Source: Nitrosopumilus sp.
Lineage (GTDB): Archaea > Thermoproteota > Nitrososphaeria > Nitrososphaerales > Nitrosopumilaceae
Direction of reading: 5' to 3'
Length of the DNA: 64,000 nucleotides
NCBI GenBank assembly: GCA_963667665.2
Contig: OY763927.2
Location: 1,056,001 to 1,120,000 of the forward strand
The notes under the pieces were generated by a model. That model saw nothing but the letters and a program-made list of their open reading frames with translations, did no database searches and was not told where the DNA came from. Positions 30,904 through 41,336 of this stretch are shown here, one piece after another; the stretch's first letter is position 1, and every line of letters begins with the position of its first letter. The position numbers and the translations under genes are program-made.

Positions 30904-32478
30904 CTAGCCTTCACAATTTAGCAGCAGATCACTTTGTGAATCTGAATAACATCGATCAGTATCTGCACCACCATCAATAACATCAGAACCAGAATTTGAA
31001 TAAATTAGATCATTTCCGGATTCTCCTTTAAGGATATCATGACCAGAATTTCCTATGATTGTATCATCTCCATCATTCCCAGAAATAATATCATCACCGA
31101 ATCCTCCAAATATGCAATCATTTCCTGTTCCACCAGAAATAATATCATTTCCTGCCAATCCAAAAATTAGATCATCACCATCTGTACCTAAAATTACATC
31201 ATCTCCTTGAGTTCCCTCGATGAGATTGTAATCAGAATAGGTATTGCCACAAGTCTTTACAGTAATTGTTTGGGAGGTACTAGAAGCATGCCCAATATTA
31301 TCAAAAGCTACCCAAATAATTGTGGACACACCAATAGAAAATGCATCTGGAGCATTGTGAATTATTGCTTTGATTCCACTTTCATCAGTAGCAGTAGCAT
31401 TACCAAATGAAACAGGGGTTAGGAAATCTACAGCTTCAACTACTAATGAAATTGGAGCAACAATTACAGGCTTTGTTTTGTCAATTGGTGATTCTTCAAT
31501 GATTTCATCAGAAATTTCAACAGAATCATCAATTACAGGCTGTACATAAAATTCAGTTTTATATGATTTGATTTTGTGGTTTGCAGAATCTACAATTAAT
31601 AATTCACCATTAATTCCAATTGTTATATCAGAAAGAAAATCAAATGAATTTGTATATGGTCCTAACTGCTCAAATACATTTAGATTCAAATCAGAGTCTT
31701 GAGATAAATGTAAAATTCTATCATTAGCAGAGTTTACAATAAACATCTCACCCGCAGAATCAACGGCTATTGCTTCAGGAGAAAAAGTATAGTTTGGCGA
31801 CTCAAATGGAAATGATTGAATCAACTCTCCAGTAGCATTAAATTTTTCAATCTTTTTGTTTCCTTTATCAGTGACATAGACATTTCCATCACTATCAATA
31901 TCAATTCCAACGACTGTTAGGAATTGACCTTCACCAAGTCCGCTTGAACCAAATGATGAGATAAATTCCCCATCAGTAGAAAACATTTGAATTCTTTGAT
32001 TACCAGTATCAGCCACATACACAGTTTCATTGTTTACTGCTATTCCATTTGGAAAGAAAAGTTGGCCATTCTGTTTTCCTTTTTCTCCCCATTCTGCTAT
32101 GAATTCTCCATCTAGTGAAAACTTTTGGATTCTATTCAAATCACGGTCTGCAACAAAAACAGATTCACCAGATACTGCAATTCCTGATGGATAATGAAAT
32201 TCACCGGATTGTTTTCCACTGTTTCCCCATTCAGAAATGTATTCGCCGTTGCTTGAGAATTTCTGAACACGTTTGTTTCCCAAATCACTTACATAGATAC
32301 TTCCATCATCACCTACTGCAATAAATTGAGGGTATGAAAAGTGTCCAGACTGTGCAATTCCAAATGAACCCCATTCAGAGATAAAGTCATAATCTCCTAA
32401 CCCAAAGGAACTCTGGGCAAAAGAATTAGATAATAAAAATACAGAAAATACCATTACTGCAAGGAATAATTTCATCAA
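30904..32478 (-). CDS. Secreted NHL-repeat beta-propeller + HYR-like + RTX-type Ca-binding repeat protein
   Basis: Signal peptide; G.F..P.GIAV..YVAD..N.RIQ.F repeats; DKTKPVI..ATATD; GG.GND nonapeptides. Confidence 0.85.
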   Translation of the reverse strand: MMKLFLAVMVFSVFLLSNSFAQSSFGLGDYDFISEWGSFGIAQSGHFSYPQFIAVGDDGSIYVSDLGNKRVQKFSSNGEYISEWGNSGKQSGEFHYPSGIAVSGESVFVADRDLNRIQKFSLDGEFIAEWGEKGKQNGQLFFPNGIAVNNETVYVADTGNQRIQMFSTDGEFISSFGSSGLGEGQFLTVVGIDIDSDGNVYVTDKGNKKIEKFNATGELIQSFPFESPNYTFSPEAIAVDSAGEMFIVNSANDRILHLSQDSDLNLNVFEQLGPYTNSFDFLSDITIGINGELLIVDSANHKIKSYKTEFYVQPVIDDSVEISDEIIEESPIDKTKPVIVAPISLVVEAVDFLTPVSFGNATATDESGIKAIIHNAPDAFSIGVSTIIWVAFDNIGHASSTSQTITVKTCGNTYSDYNLIEGTQGDDVILGTDGDDLIFGLAGNDIISGGTGNDCIFGGFGDDIISGNDGDDTIIGNSGHDILKGESGNDLIYSNSGSDVIDGGADTDRCYSDSQSDLLLNCEG

Positions 32479-32546
32479 ATTATGATGACAAAATCAGAGA
32501 AACACAACCATTGTTTGAAAATGCAACAATTTTTGTCAACTTTCTG

Positions 32547-33332
32547 TCAAAATGGCTTGTTTACTTCACGCGTAAACACATAGCTTGCAAGACCAATCAT
32601 TACAAACACAAACACAAAGAGAACTCCAAGGCTAAGCAGTATTGGAACCCCCCCTTCAGATACACCGGTCATCATCTCTCTTACAAGCAAAATAGTATAG
32701 GTAACAGGATTTAGTTTTGCAATTGTTGCAAGCCAATCTGGTAATAATTCCAATGGGAATAATGCAGGACTTATCATAAACAATGGCATTCCAAGAAAAT
32801 TAATCACGCCCCAAAATGTTTCTTGAGACTTTGCAGTAGCTGCAACCATTACAGAAATTCCAGAGAATCCCAATGAAAATAAAATTACAATTGCCATGAT
32901 TGGTGCAATCATTAATGGATTTGGGAAAGTAACACCTATTGCCAAAGCAATTCCTATAATCAAACTAGCTTGCAAAGCTGAAATCAAAGAAATTGCAGAC
33001 ATTTTTCCTAGAGCAATTGCAGAACGAGAAATTGGAGAAGTTAATGCCTTATTCATAAAACCATACCGCCTATCCCATAAAGTATTGACACCTCCAAAAA
33101 TACTAGTAAAAATTGCTGTGAGAACAATTACACCGGGTGTCATAAATTCAATATAGTCTCCTTGAAAACCAACGGATTGAATTAGTGGTTGAGTTCCTGA
33201 AAAAGTATTTCCAATCACTATAATCCAAATAGCAGGTTGGATTAATCGAATTAAAACGCCACTCCGAGATTTTTGATATCTCTTAATCTCCCTCCAAAAA
33301 ATCGTATAAGTATCATACATCAAGGTATTCAT
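32547..33332 (-). CDS. ABC-2 transporter permease
   Basis: DRRYGF..L.SPISR, SPALFP, LNPVTY. Confidence 0.9.
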   Translation of the reverse strand: MNTLMYDTYTIFWREIKRYQKSRSGVLIRLIQPAIWIIVIGNTFSGTQPLIQSVGFQGDYIEFMTPGVIVLTAIFTSIFGGVNTLWDRRYGFMNKALTSPISRSAIALGKMSAISLISALQASLIIGIALAIGVTFPNPLMIAPIMAIVILFSLGFSGISVMVAATAKSQETFWGVINFLGMPLFMISPALFPLELLPDWLATIAKLNPVTYTILLVREMMTGVSEGGVPILLSLGVLFVFVFVMIGLASYVFTREVNKPF

Positions 33333-34324
33333 GCACGTAACCTCTTCATCTTTGCATGTTCACGCTTTCGATTGAATCCAGAATCATCATCTCTAATTTC
33401 ATGTCCAGTGTAAGAGATGAATACATCATCAAGTGTTGGTTCAGTAAGCGAGATAGAAGTAATTTTTATTTTAAGTTCTGATGAAATCTGAAAAATTTTT
33501 GGAATAACTTCAGTTCCATTTGATGCAAAAAGAGTAAGTTTAGATCCATCCCCATTGATCTTCGTGACAAATTCAATTTTTTTAAGTTCAGACAAAAAGG
33601 AAGTATGATTTTCTCCTTCTAAAATAATTGAAATAACCTCATTACCCATTGCTTTTTTCATATTTTCTGGAGAATCAATTACCTGAATCTTTCCACCATC
33701 AATTATTCCAATTCTGTCACATAGTTTGTCTGCCTCTTCCATGTAGTGAGTAGTAAGAAATATTGTAATCTCAAATTCATCATGAATTTTTTTGATATAT
33801 TGCCAAATTTTCCTACGAGTTTGTATATCCAACCCAACTGTAGGCTCATCGAGAAATAACACTTTTGGTCTATGCAAAAGACCACCTGCAATATCCAATC
33901 TTTTTCTCATGCCACCAGAATAGGTGCCAACTGTTTTGTCTTGTTTGTCTGTTAGTTCGATTAATTCCAAGAGTTCATCAATTCTTTTGTTGATTTCATT
34001 TTTTGGGATGTGATTAAGTTTTGCTTGAAGCATAAGATTTTCTCTTCCAGTTAGATACTCATCAACAGTTGTTTCTTGTTGGACATATCCAATATTTTCT
34101 CGGACTTTTTTTGCATTTGTCATTACATCAAACCCACAAATCATAGCTTGCCCAGATGTTGGTTTTAGTAATGTAGTGAGAATCATTATTGTAGTACTTT
34201 TTCCAGCTCCATTAGGTCCCAAGAATCCAAAGATCTCCCCAGGTTTTACGGAAAGAGAAATATCGTTAACAGCAATTACATCTCCAAATAACTTTGTGAG
34301 GGATTTTAGTTCTATTGAGTTCAA
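33329..34324 (-). CDS. ABC transporter ATP-binding protein (DrrA-like)
   Basis: GPNGAGKST, YSGGMRKRL, LDEPTVGLD, TTHYMEEA. Confidence 0.93.
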   Translation of the reverse strand: MNSIELKSLTKLFGDVIAVNDISLSVKPGEIFGFLGPNGAGKSTTIMILTTLLKPTSGQAMICGFDVMTNAKKVRENIGYVQQETTVDEYLTGRENLMLQAKLNHIPKNEINKRIDELLELIELTDKQDKTVGTYSGGMRKRLDIAGGLLHRPKVLFLDEPTVGLDIQTRRKIWQYIKKIHDEFEITIFLTTHYMEEADKLCDRIGIIDGGKIQVIDSPENMKKAMGNEVISIILEGENHTSFLSELKKIEFVTKINGDGSKLTLFASNGTEVIPKIFQISSELKIKITSISLTEPTLDDVFISYTGHEIRDDDSGFNRKREHAKMKRLRA

Positions 34325-34416
34325 TACAATGATCGCATTTCTCAATTATAAATTGCTAAGTATTGATCAAGTAGATCATCATAAAAAATTTAAAGCGCAA
34401 TTTGAGAATTTACTTT

Positions 34417-34515
34417 ATGAAAGGACTCTGTCAGAAATGTCACTCATCAAATGTAGAAATAACAGTTCAGGAAGGAATTCCTGTTTGTGATGTATGTAAT
34501 AAAAAAACAGATTAA
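34417..34515 (+). CDS. 32-aa zinc-ribbon micro-protein (not in ORF track)
   Basis: MKGLCQKCHSSNVEITVQEGIPVCDVCNKKTD; TTTAAA box at ~34389. Confidence 0.6.
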   Translation: MKGLCQKCHSSNVEITVQEGIPVCDVCNKKTD

Positions 34516-34554
34516 TCAAAAAATGTTATTTTGAAAAAAGAAGTTTAAAAGAAG

Positions 34555-34986
34555 TTATTCAATTTTTTTGAATTCTTCTTTGGTCATTCCTAAAATGACT
34601 TTTTCTCCTATTCCCCAAATTTCTGATTTGGATAGGATTTTTGAATGCATCAAACCATCAGATACTTCAATTGATTCTAATTCATTAGTATCAGGATGTC
34701 TGTGTAATCGCTTTACTTTACCAATTTTATGACTGTCAATATCAACAACTGGGATTCCTGTTCTAACAGGAGGTCTGCTTAGAAGTAATGTTTCTTCAGA
34801 AAATTTGTCAATGTAATCATCTGAAAGATAGTAGTCTTTGTTGAATCCTTGGTGAATTGTCACACCACATACAGTTAGTGTGTCTTGGTTAATGTGTATG
34901 TGTTTGACTTTGCCATATTCAATTCCCTCTCGGTCTATGACTTTTTTTCCAGTAAAGGAATCTGCAGTAGCTAATTTTGAAGGCAT
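34555..34986 (-). CDS. Tandem PRC-barrel protein
   Basis: GKKVIDREG..YGKV and GIPVVDIDS.KIGKV; likely start MPSKL. Confidence 0.8.
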   Translation of the reverse strand: MPSKLATADSFTGKKVIDREGIEYGKVKHIHINQDTLTVCGVTIHQGFNKDYYLSDDYIDKFSEETLLLSRPPVRTGIPVVDIDSHKIGKVKRLHRHPDTNELESIEVSDGLMHSKILSKSEIWGIGEKVILGMTKEEFKKIE

Positions 34987-35095
34987 TCCTTCTAGTTTAA
35001 CTGACATTATCTGAAATGAACAGATTTGCTTATCATGCCAAATATCAGAAATTTCTTGCAATGGAGTTAAATTACTTGACAGAAAAAAATCACAT

Positions 35096-35419
35096 ATGGA
35101 AATTAAAGAGGATTTGTTTCGACCAATTCTTACCACAAGAGGAAGAATCACAGGAAAGCAGCATTCAATTATGCTTAGAGCAGTCAACTATAATGGAAAA
35201 ATCTACTTTTCAAGACATCTTCCAGATGGGGACTGGTTCAAAAATGCATTAACAAATTCTGAAGTTAAAATAGAATACAACAATTTTATTTTTTCAGGAA
35301 AAGCAAAGTTAGTAACAGATGAAGAATTAAGTAAAAAAATTTCTCAACTAAAATATCCGGGAGAAAAAAGAGCAAAAGAGAAAAGAGTGACAATTGAAGT
35401 CACATTAAATTCTACATAA
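35096..35419 (+). CDS. Deazaflavin-dependent nitroreductase-like split-barrel protein
   Basis: LTTRGRITGKQH, DWFKNAL.N..V. Confidence 0.75.
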   Translation: MEIKEDLFRPILTTRGRITGKQHSIMLRAVNYNGKIYFSRHLPDGDWFKNALTNSEVKIEYNNFIFSGKAKLVTDEELSKKISQLKYPGEKRAKEKRVTIEVTLNST

Positions 35420-35498
35420 ATTATTTTAAACCAGATTTTCAGGGATTTCTATTAGTAGTAAACACTAAATTCTAGCTCTTAAAAAAAGATAGGATGAA

Positions 35499-37709
35499 AT
35501 GAGTTCAAAAGTAGTAATTCCAATAGCAGTAGCCATTTCGGTAATAGTTACAGCAGGAATAATGTATTCAATTGATTTTGATCAACAACCTCAAGTTTCA
35601 CAAACTCCCACCCCAGAAATAATCTATATTGATAAATCAGTATCAGAATATTTTGAAGGTACAGATAATATTAAAAAAATATCATCACAAGAAGAGCTAA
35701 AGAGTATTCTTGAAGCATCAACATTATTTGGAGGAGGCTTCTATGACAATAGATTTCTTACAAGAAACATGGCAATTGAAGAATCAGTAATGTTTGATAG
35801 TGCAGGTTCTGATGGTATGGCAGTTCCTTCCAGTGCGGTAGTTAAAACACAATCTGGCGGGACAGACTATTCAACAACAAATGTTCAAGTTGAAAATGTT
35901 GATGAACCAGACTATCTAAAAAATGATTCAAAATATGTCTACATTGTATCAAGAAATACACTTTCAATAATTGATGCATATCCTGCAGAGTCTGCAAAAT
36001 TAATTCTGAAAATTGCATTAGACATTGAATCACAATATATTCAGAATATGTTCCTAAATGGTGATAGACTAGTAATATTTTACAATGGACAAAGCGATGA
36101 TGAAATAATTCCACAGTTTGACTTTGTTCCACGCCGTTCTTACAGCTCAGTTACACATGCACTAATAATTGATGTCTCAGATAAAGAGAATCCAACTATT
36201 CTCAAAGATTATTCCATTGATGGTCATTTTAGAGACGCACGAATGATTGGAGACTATGCATACTTTGTCACAAACAGTAACGTTGACTATCAATATCCAA
36301 AACTTCCAGTAATTATGGAGAGCTCAGTTAGAATCATGACTCCTGATGCGTTTTACTTTGATAATATAGAACAGTTTTCAAACTTCAACACACTTACTGC
36401 AATTGACATATTTGGAGATACAGTAAATTCTGAGACATTCCTTATGGGGCATAGTGGATCATTTTATGTCTCTGAAGATAATTTTTACTTGACTTACCAA
36501 CAAAGTATGCCATTTGGATTTTATGAGAATTCATCACGAGATAGATTTTTTGATGTTATTGTTCCATTATTATCAAATGATATTCAAAATGAAATCATAG
36601 CAATTCAAAATGATTCTTCAAATAATTCTTCTGCACAGTGGGTAAAAATCTCAGAATTAATGCAAAAGTCATACAATGAAATGGATAAAAACGAAAAAGA
36701 AAAATTATTTGAAAAAATCAAAGAGGCACTAAACGAATATGATACAAAAATTCAGGAAGAGGCAAGAAAAACAATTATTCACAAAATATCAATTGATGAA
36801 GATAAAATAGAATATGTTGCTAAAGGCTCAGTTCCAGGTAGACTGCTAAACCAATTCTCAATGGACCAAAGTGGAGATAGATTCAGAGTTGCAACTACCA
36901 CGGAATACTATACACAGTATCAAGGAACAATTCGTGCAAATGCAGTTTACATCTTAGATGAACAGCTTAACATTGTAGGAGGACTAGACCAGATTGCGCC
37001 TGATGAGAGTATTTTTTCTGCAAGATTCATTGAAGATAGACTTTACTTGGTAACATTCCAACAAATTGATCCATTTTTTGTAATTGATTTATCAACGGAT
37101 ACTCCAAAAATTCTAGGAGAATTAAAAATTCCAGGATTTTCAAATTATTTGCATCCATATGATGAAGAACACATTATTGGAATCGGAAGAGATACAAAAG
37201 AAATAGGAGAAGGCAGAGTTCAGCAATTAGGAATCAAAATTGCATTGTTTAATGTTGCAGATATCAACAATCCTAAAGTTGCAGATGACATAATCATTGG
37301 TGATAGTTCTACTTATTCTGAGGCATTAAACAACCATAAGGCATTCTTCTTTGATAAAACAAGAGGAGTTCTCTCAATTCCAATTAGCGGAGATGTAGAA
37401 AGTCTGGATGGATTATCTAGTTCTAAGATGTTTGCACCAGAGTTTAATCGCTGGAATGGATTCTATGTATTTGATTTGGATAGTTCAAATGGATTTGACC
37501 TTAAAGGAACAATAACTCATTCTGCGGATGATTCACGTTATTATGGAATGGGAAATGCAAGAACATTCTATATTGATGATGTCTTGTATACAGCATCTGA
37601 GGGATATCTAAAGATGAATGTCTTTAATAATCTAGAAGAAATTAATTCAATCAAACTAGAAAACACCGGAAAATTTATCGATTATCTTGAAGAAGAGATT
37701 CTGCGTTAA
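35499..37709 (+). CDS. Membrane-anchored beta-propeller domain protein
   Basis: YSTTNVQVENVDEPD, LLNQFSMD, RVATT, DPFFVIDL, LKIPGFSNYLHP. Confidence 0.85.
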   Translation: MSSKVVIPIAVAISVIVTAGIMYSIDFDQQPQVSQTPTPEIIYIDKSVSEYFEGTDNIKKISSQEELKSILEASTLFGGGFYDNRFLTRNMAIEESVMFDSAGSDGMAVPSSAVVKTQSGGTDYSTTNVQVENVDEPDYLKNDSKYVYIVSRNTLSIIDAYPAESAKLILKIALDIESQYIQNMFLNGDRLVIFYNGQSDDEIIPQFDFVPRRSYSSVTHALIIDVSDKENPTILKDYSIDGHFRDARMIGDYAYFVTNSNVDYQYPKLPVIMESSVRIMTPDAFYFDNIEQFSNFNTLTAIDIFGDTVNSETFLMGHSGSFYVSEDNFYLTYQQSMPFGFYENSSRDRFFDVIVPLLSNDIQNEIIAIQNDSSNNSSAQWVKISELMQKSYNEMDKNEKEKLFEKIKEALNEYDTKIQEEARKTIIHKISIDEDKIEYVAKGSVPGRLLNQFSMDQSGDRFRVATTTEYYTQYQGTIRANAVYILDEQLNIVGGLDQIAPDESIFSARFIEDRLYLVTFQQIDPFFVIDLSTDTPKILGELKIPGFSNYLHPYDEEHIIGIGRDTKEIGEGRVQQLGIKIALFNVADINNPKVADDIIIGDSSTYSEALNNHKAFFFDKTRGVLSIPISGDVESLDGLSSSKMFAPEFNRWNGFYVFDLDSSNGFDLKGTITHSADDSRYYGMGNARTFYIDDVLYTASEGYLKMNVFNNLEEINSIKLENTGKFIDYLEEEILR

Positions 37710-37710
37710 G

Positions 37711-38355
37711 TCATATTAGATGAACTATTGTTGTATGTCCTCGTTTATCAAATTCAACATCGTTCTCAACTTCAATAACAGTTACCGTAAAGGAGATAAC
37801 GTCACGTGGTTTGGCATTTTCTGCATAAAGTTTTAGATGGATATCCAACATTTCTAATTCTTCTGTTGGTAAATTAGTTTCATCAAAATATGCTCCACAA
37901 GTAGATTCTATTCTAAATCTATCATCTTTAAAATGAAATCCTAGTTTCATTTTTCTTCCTTTTCTTCCACTTGCTTTAACAACTACATCAAGGATTCCAG
38001 GTTTTGTCTCAGTGTAGCTTGATTTGTTATTTAGAAAAACTCCAATCTCTAGTGGTTTGCCGGCAGTTGATTCTGCCATCTTTTGGATTCCATCATTCAT
38101 TACAATATCGACTGCTTTGATAGATTGAGCAATCTTTGCAATCCATTCATTTGTTCTTGTAATGGTTGCATTAATTCCTGCACGCCTTCGTTTATCTTCA
38201 TCCTCAGGTAATTTGTAATAATCAACCCATTCTATGTAATTATGAGAAATATCTTCGATGAAATCAATGCATGTTCGTCTGTATTCATCGACATTATCAG
38301 TTCTCTCTGATGCATCATCAGTTCTTATACCGTCATAATCCATTGGCATTGCCAT
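37711..38355 (-). CDS. Hypothetical protein
   Basis: 214-aa ORF. Confidence 0.7.
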   Translation of the reverse strand: MAMPMDYDGIRTDDASERTDNVDEYRRTCIDFIEDISHNYIEWVDYYKLPEDEDKRRRAGINATITRTNEWIAKIAQSIKAVDIVMNDGIQKMAESTAGKPLEIGVFLNNKSSYTETKPGILDVVVKASGRKGRKMKLGFHFKDDRFRIESTCGAYFDETNLPTEELEMLDIHLKLYAENAKPRDVISFTVTVIEVENDVEFDKRGHTTIVHLI

Positions 38356-38436
38356 ATTCTAGTTTTAAACGAAGTTCTAAAAAAACCAATCCTGAAGTAA
38401 AATTAATGATTATAAAAGGAATTTTCATGATATACA

Positions 38437-38919
38437 ATGATGATATTTTCTGAATTAACGTCTGATCTTCAGGTTCAACTAAAAAGAGACATGGCACAAA
38501 TTAGATTTCTTCTAAAGAAAAATCAAGGTACGGCATATGCTAGAATTGTGGAGATTGGAAAAGAAGTTGGTAAAAAATACAATATCAAACTGATAGTAAA
38601 CTTTCCAAAAGAGGGAAGGATTGATGAATTTGATATGTATGGAAAAAGAGATTTGAGTCTGATTATTGATTATGATAGAAAGAGATTCCCCATAGATAGA
38701 GAATTAATCAAACAAAAGGCAAAAGACACACTCGGAGATATACAAACTGAGGATGCCTACATGTATGAAGATAAAGAAGGAGTCAGAGTATTCACAAAGG
38801 ATTGGAAGATTGACATCTTGCCTCATTCATTACACATCTGGACAGAATTTAATGAAAATGTAACAGCATTTTGTGATTGGTTAATGGAAAATGTTTACCA
38901 AATGAAAAAGATGGAATAA
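38437..38919 (+). CDS. Hypothetical protein
   Basis: 160-aa ORF. Confidence 0.7.
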   Translation: MMIFSELTSDLQVQLKRDMAQIRFLLKKNQGTAYARIVEIGKEVGKKYNIKLIVNFPKEGRIDEFDMYGKRDLSLIIDYDRKRFPIDRELIKQKAKDTLGDIQTEDAYMYEDKEGVRVFTKDWKIDILPHSLHIWTEFNENVTAFCDWLMENVYQMKKME

Positions 38920-38928
38920 TTTTATCAA

Positions 38929-39288
38929 TTAGAGATTTTCAAGTTCTTCAAGTAATTCTTTGGCCTCATAGTTTTTTGGCTCTAGTTCCATAATTCTCTT
39001 ACAACAAACGATTGCCTCATCTTTCTGTTGTAGATCCAAATGAACATCAGTTTTGATTTTAAGTAATTCAACATCATTATTGTCTAGTTGAACTGCTTTT
39101 TCAAAATATGGAAGTGCTTTTTTGGATTCTTCTAAAATTACATAGGCTCCACCCACTATGAACATAAAATCAGGATCATCAGATAATTTAGATTCTAAAG
39201 TACTTGCAAATTCAAGGGCTTCTACATATTCACCATCTCTGATTAATTTTTTCAGACGACGTTTTGGATATCTAAAAAGACTTACCAT
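38929..39288 (-). CDS. TPR-repeat protein
   Basis: ALPYFEKAVQLD.N, AIVCCKRIMELEPKN. Confidence 0.8.
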   Translation of the reverse strand: MVSLFRYPKRRLKKLIRDGEYVEALEFASTLESKLSDDPDFMFIVGGAYVILEESKKALPYFEKAVQLDNNDVELLKIKTDVHLDLQQKDEAIVCCKRIMELEPKNYEAKELLEELENL

Positions 39289-39339
39289 TATTGTTACGTT
39301 ATTTTTTGAAAGATTTTATCAATTTGAATGTAGGTAATT

Positions 39340-40809
39340 TTAGGAAGAAATGCTCATAATTCCTTCTTGAATTAAGAATTGAATTCCCCCAACAAAGGAG
39401 TCATCATCAATTGAACCATCTGCCCACCAGCCTGCGTTATTTTTAATCCATGATGGGATTTCATTTGATCCAGAACTAGTGCCTTGAGTAGTTGAAGGGA
39501 TTTGCATTATTCCTTCTTGAATTAAGAATTGAATTCCTTGAACAAATGAAGAGTCATCAATTGAACCATCTGCCCACCATCCTGCGTTATTTTTAATCCA
39601 TGATGGAATTTCACGGACTACTGGAGTTTCTCCTTCAAAGAGAGGATTATCGTCGATTTGAATTTCTACAATAGCATATCCGCCCAATTTGGCATCAGGT
39701 ACTTGGTATTCAGGTCCTGTACCATGAACAAATATGGCATAGCGGACAAGTCCTGCATTTTCTTTTCCTGGAAGAACAAGATGAACCTGACCGAATCCAT
39801 TAAACAAGTCATTTCGCCCAAGGTCTTCTGCATATGAGCGCAATCTGTTGCCATCCTCATCTACAACCCAAATATCATAATGAACTTGATCAATAAATTC
39901 AACATCATTATATGGATTCATGAAGTTAATTCTCCAGTCAATAGAACAACCTTCCATAGGGAATTCTGGAGCATAATTGTACTGAATCAAAATGGTGTTT
40001 GTGTTTGTATTAACATGTTTGCCAACATGATCAGAAAAGTCTGTATCACATCCCGACAACTCTACTGGTGGTATTGTTTCTTCATGATCTTTGAAAGGAT
40101 CAACCGTTACATTTTCTTTGTAATCTAACAAAGTGTATTGATGCATAATTGGAGGAATGCCTGTTGTAATCCAAGTATAAGTTAATGCTTTAACAGGATA
40201 AGGAAAATCATCTACTATCCAAATGTAATTCCAATTACCACTTTTCCAACCAACAACAACTGTATCAACAGTTCCCGCAGGAATAGATATTGTTTCTACT
40301 CGGTCTGGAATTAATTGAGCACCACCAATGGCTCCTATCTTTCCCCATGCAGGAGATTTGAAATCTTGTGGGCCATGAATTCTATCACCTTCACTTCCAG
40401 TAGCAAAAGCACCCAACCAAGCCAAGGAAGATTTGAATGCTATAGCATAATCAAAAAGATCATCATCAAATGTTATAGGTTCAGGAGAAGTTTCCCCAAG
40501 ACCCATTGAACCTATGATAATCTTATTGCCATCAATGACTTCAATTTTTGCATCCCACAATGTTTCAGATTCATATGGTATTGTTCCCTTGATCCACATT
40601 TTCAATTTAATGGGTGCACAATCATTAAGATCAATTTCACATAAAGAATACTCAAAATAATCTCCAGCTTTTAGACCCTCACCCAAATACCATGAACCTT
40701 CAACATCAACACCACCTGCGGTACCAGCACCTTGACCATAAGAAAGATTTGAAAACCCAAAACTGGATAGAATAGTCAATAACATTAATGCAATAATGAA
40801 CTGGTTCAT
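39340..40809 (-). CDS. Secreted protein with two C-terminal IPSWIKNNAGWW modules
   Basis: Signal peptide; thaumarchaeal-type IPxWIKNNAGWWADG..DD.SFV.GIQFLI module twice. Confidence 0.8.
   Translation of the reverse strand: MNQFIIALMLLTILSSFGFSNLSYGQGAGTAGGVDVEGSWYLGEGLKAGDYFEYSLCEIDLNDCAPIKLKMWIKGTIPYESETLWDAKIEVIDGNKIIIGSMGLGETSPEPITFDDDLFDYAIAFKSSLAWLGAFATGSEGDRIHGPQDFKSPAWGKIGAIGGAQLIPDRVETISIPAGTVDTVVVGWKSGNWNYIWIVDDFPYPVKALTYTWITTGIPPIMHQYTLLDYKENVTVDPFKDHEETIPPVELSGCDTDFSDHVGKHVNTNTNTILIQYNYAPEFPMEGCSIDWRINFMNPYNDVEFIDQVHYDIWVVDEDGNRLRSYAEDLGRNDLFNGFGQVHLVLPGKENAGLVRYAIFVHGTGPEYQVPDAKLGGYAIVEIQIDDNPLFEGETPVVREIPSWIKNNAGWWADGSIDDSSFVQGIQFLIQEGIMQIPSTTQGTSSGSNEIPSWIKNNAGWWADGSIDDDSFVGGIQFLIQEGIMSISS
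39355..39612 (-). repeat. Two near-identical ~108-bp copies (150-bp period) encoding IPSWIKNNAGWW modules
   Basis: tccttcttgaattaagaattgaattcc at 39361 and 39511. Confidence 0.85.
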
Positions 40810-40929
40810 AAGAATAATTACGAAATATCCTAGTTAAACGTTATTCAGGTTTGTAAAAAATGATAAAAATGAACAACGATATGTTATTCAAATAAGCAAA
40901 TATAGAGGAAAATTTACAAAGATTCAGAA

Positions 40930-41097
40930 ATGTGTGAGTGCTCAAAAGTTCACTTGTATGAAGTAGAGTTCAAATTGGATGGAATGACAGTAGTTCCAAC
41001 TCACAAGAATTGTGGATTTTCATTAGATGAAAAACAAGCAGACAAGTTCCAAAAAGAATTAGTAAAGTCATGGGGCTTTGAGGAAGAAGACGATTAA
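40930..41097 (+). CDS. 55-aa Cys/His small protein (not in ORF track)
   Basis: MCECSKVHLYEVEFKLDGMTVVPTHKNCGFSLDEKQADKFQKELVKSWGFEEEDD. Confidence 0.65.
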   Translation: MCECSKVHLYEVEFKLDGMTVVPTHKNCGFSLDEKQADKFQKELVKSWGFEEEDD

Positions 41098-41133
41098 TTT
41101 TAAAAAATAAAAATTAGATTGTAAGTAGCTATC

Positions 41134-41283
41134 TTATTTTGACAATTGTCCTACAGCTTCTTTACAAACGTCAGTTGAACATTTGCAATCTGCACTGCAT
41201 ATACAATGACCTTGCATTGCACAATCACATGAGTAATCAGGATCGCCGCTATCTGCTTCGCAACCACATGCTTGATCTACCAT
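41134..41283 (-). CDS. 49-aa metallothionein-like peptide (not in ORF track)
   Basis: MVDQACGCEADSGDPDYSCDCAMQGHCICSADCKCSTDVCKEAVGQLSK: 9 Cys (four CxC) plus 1 His; TTTTAAAA box ~25 nt upstream. Confidence 0.7.
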   Translation of the reverse strand: MVDQACGCEADSGDPDYSCDCAMQGHCICSADCKCSTDVCKEAVGQLSK

Positions 41284-41336
41284 AGGAGATCAGTCATTCT
41301 ACTTGTTTTAAAAGGTTGGTACAAGAGACTAGAATA

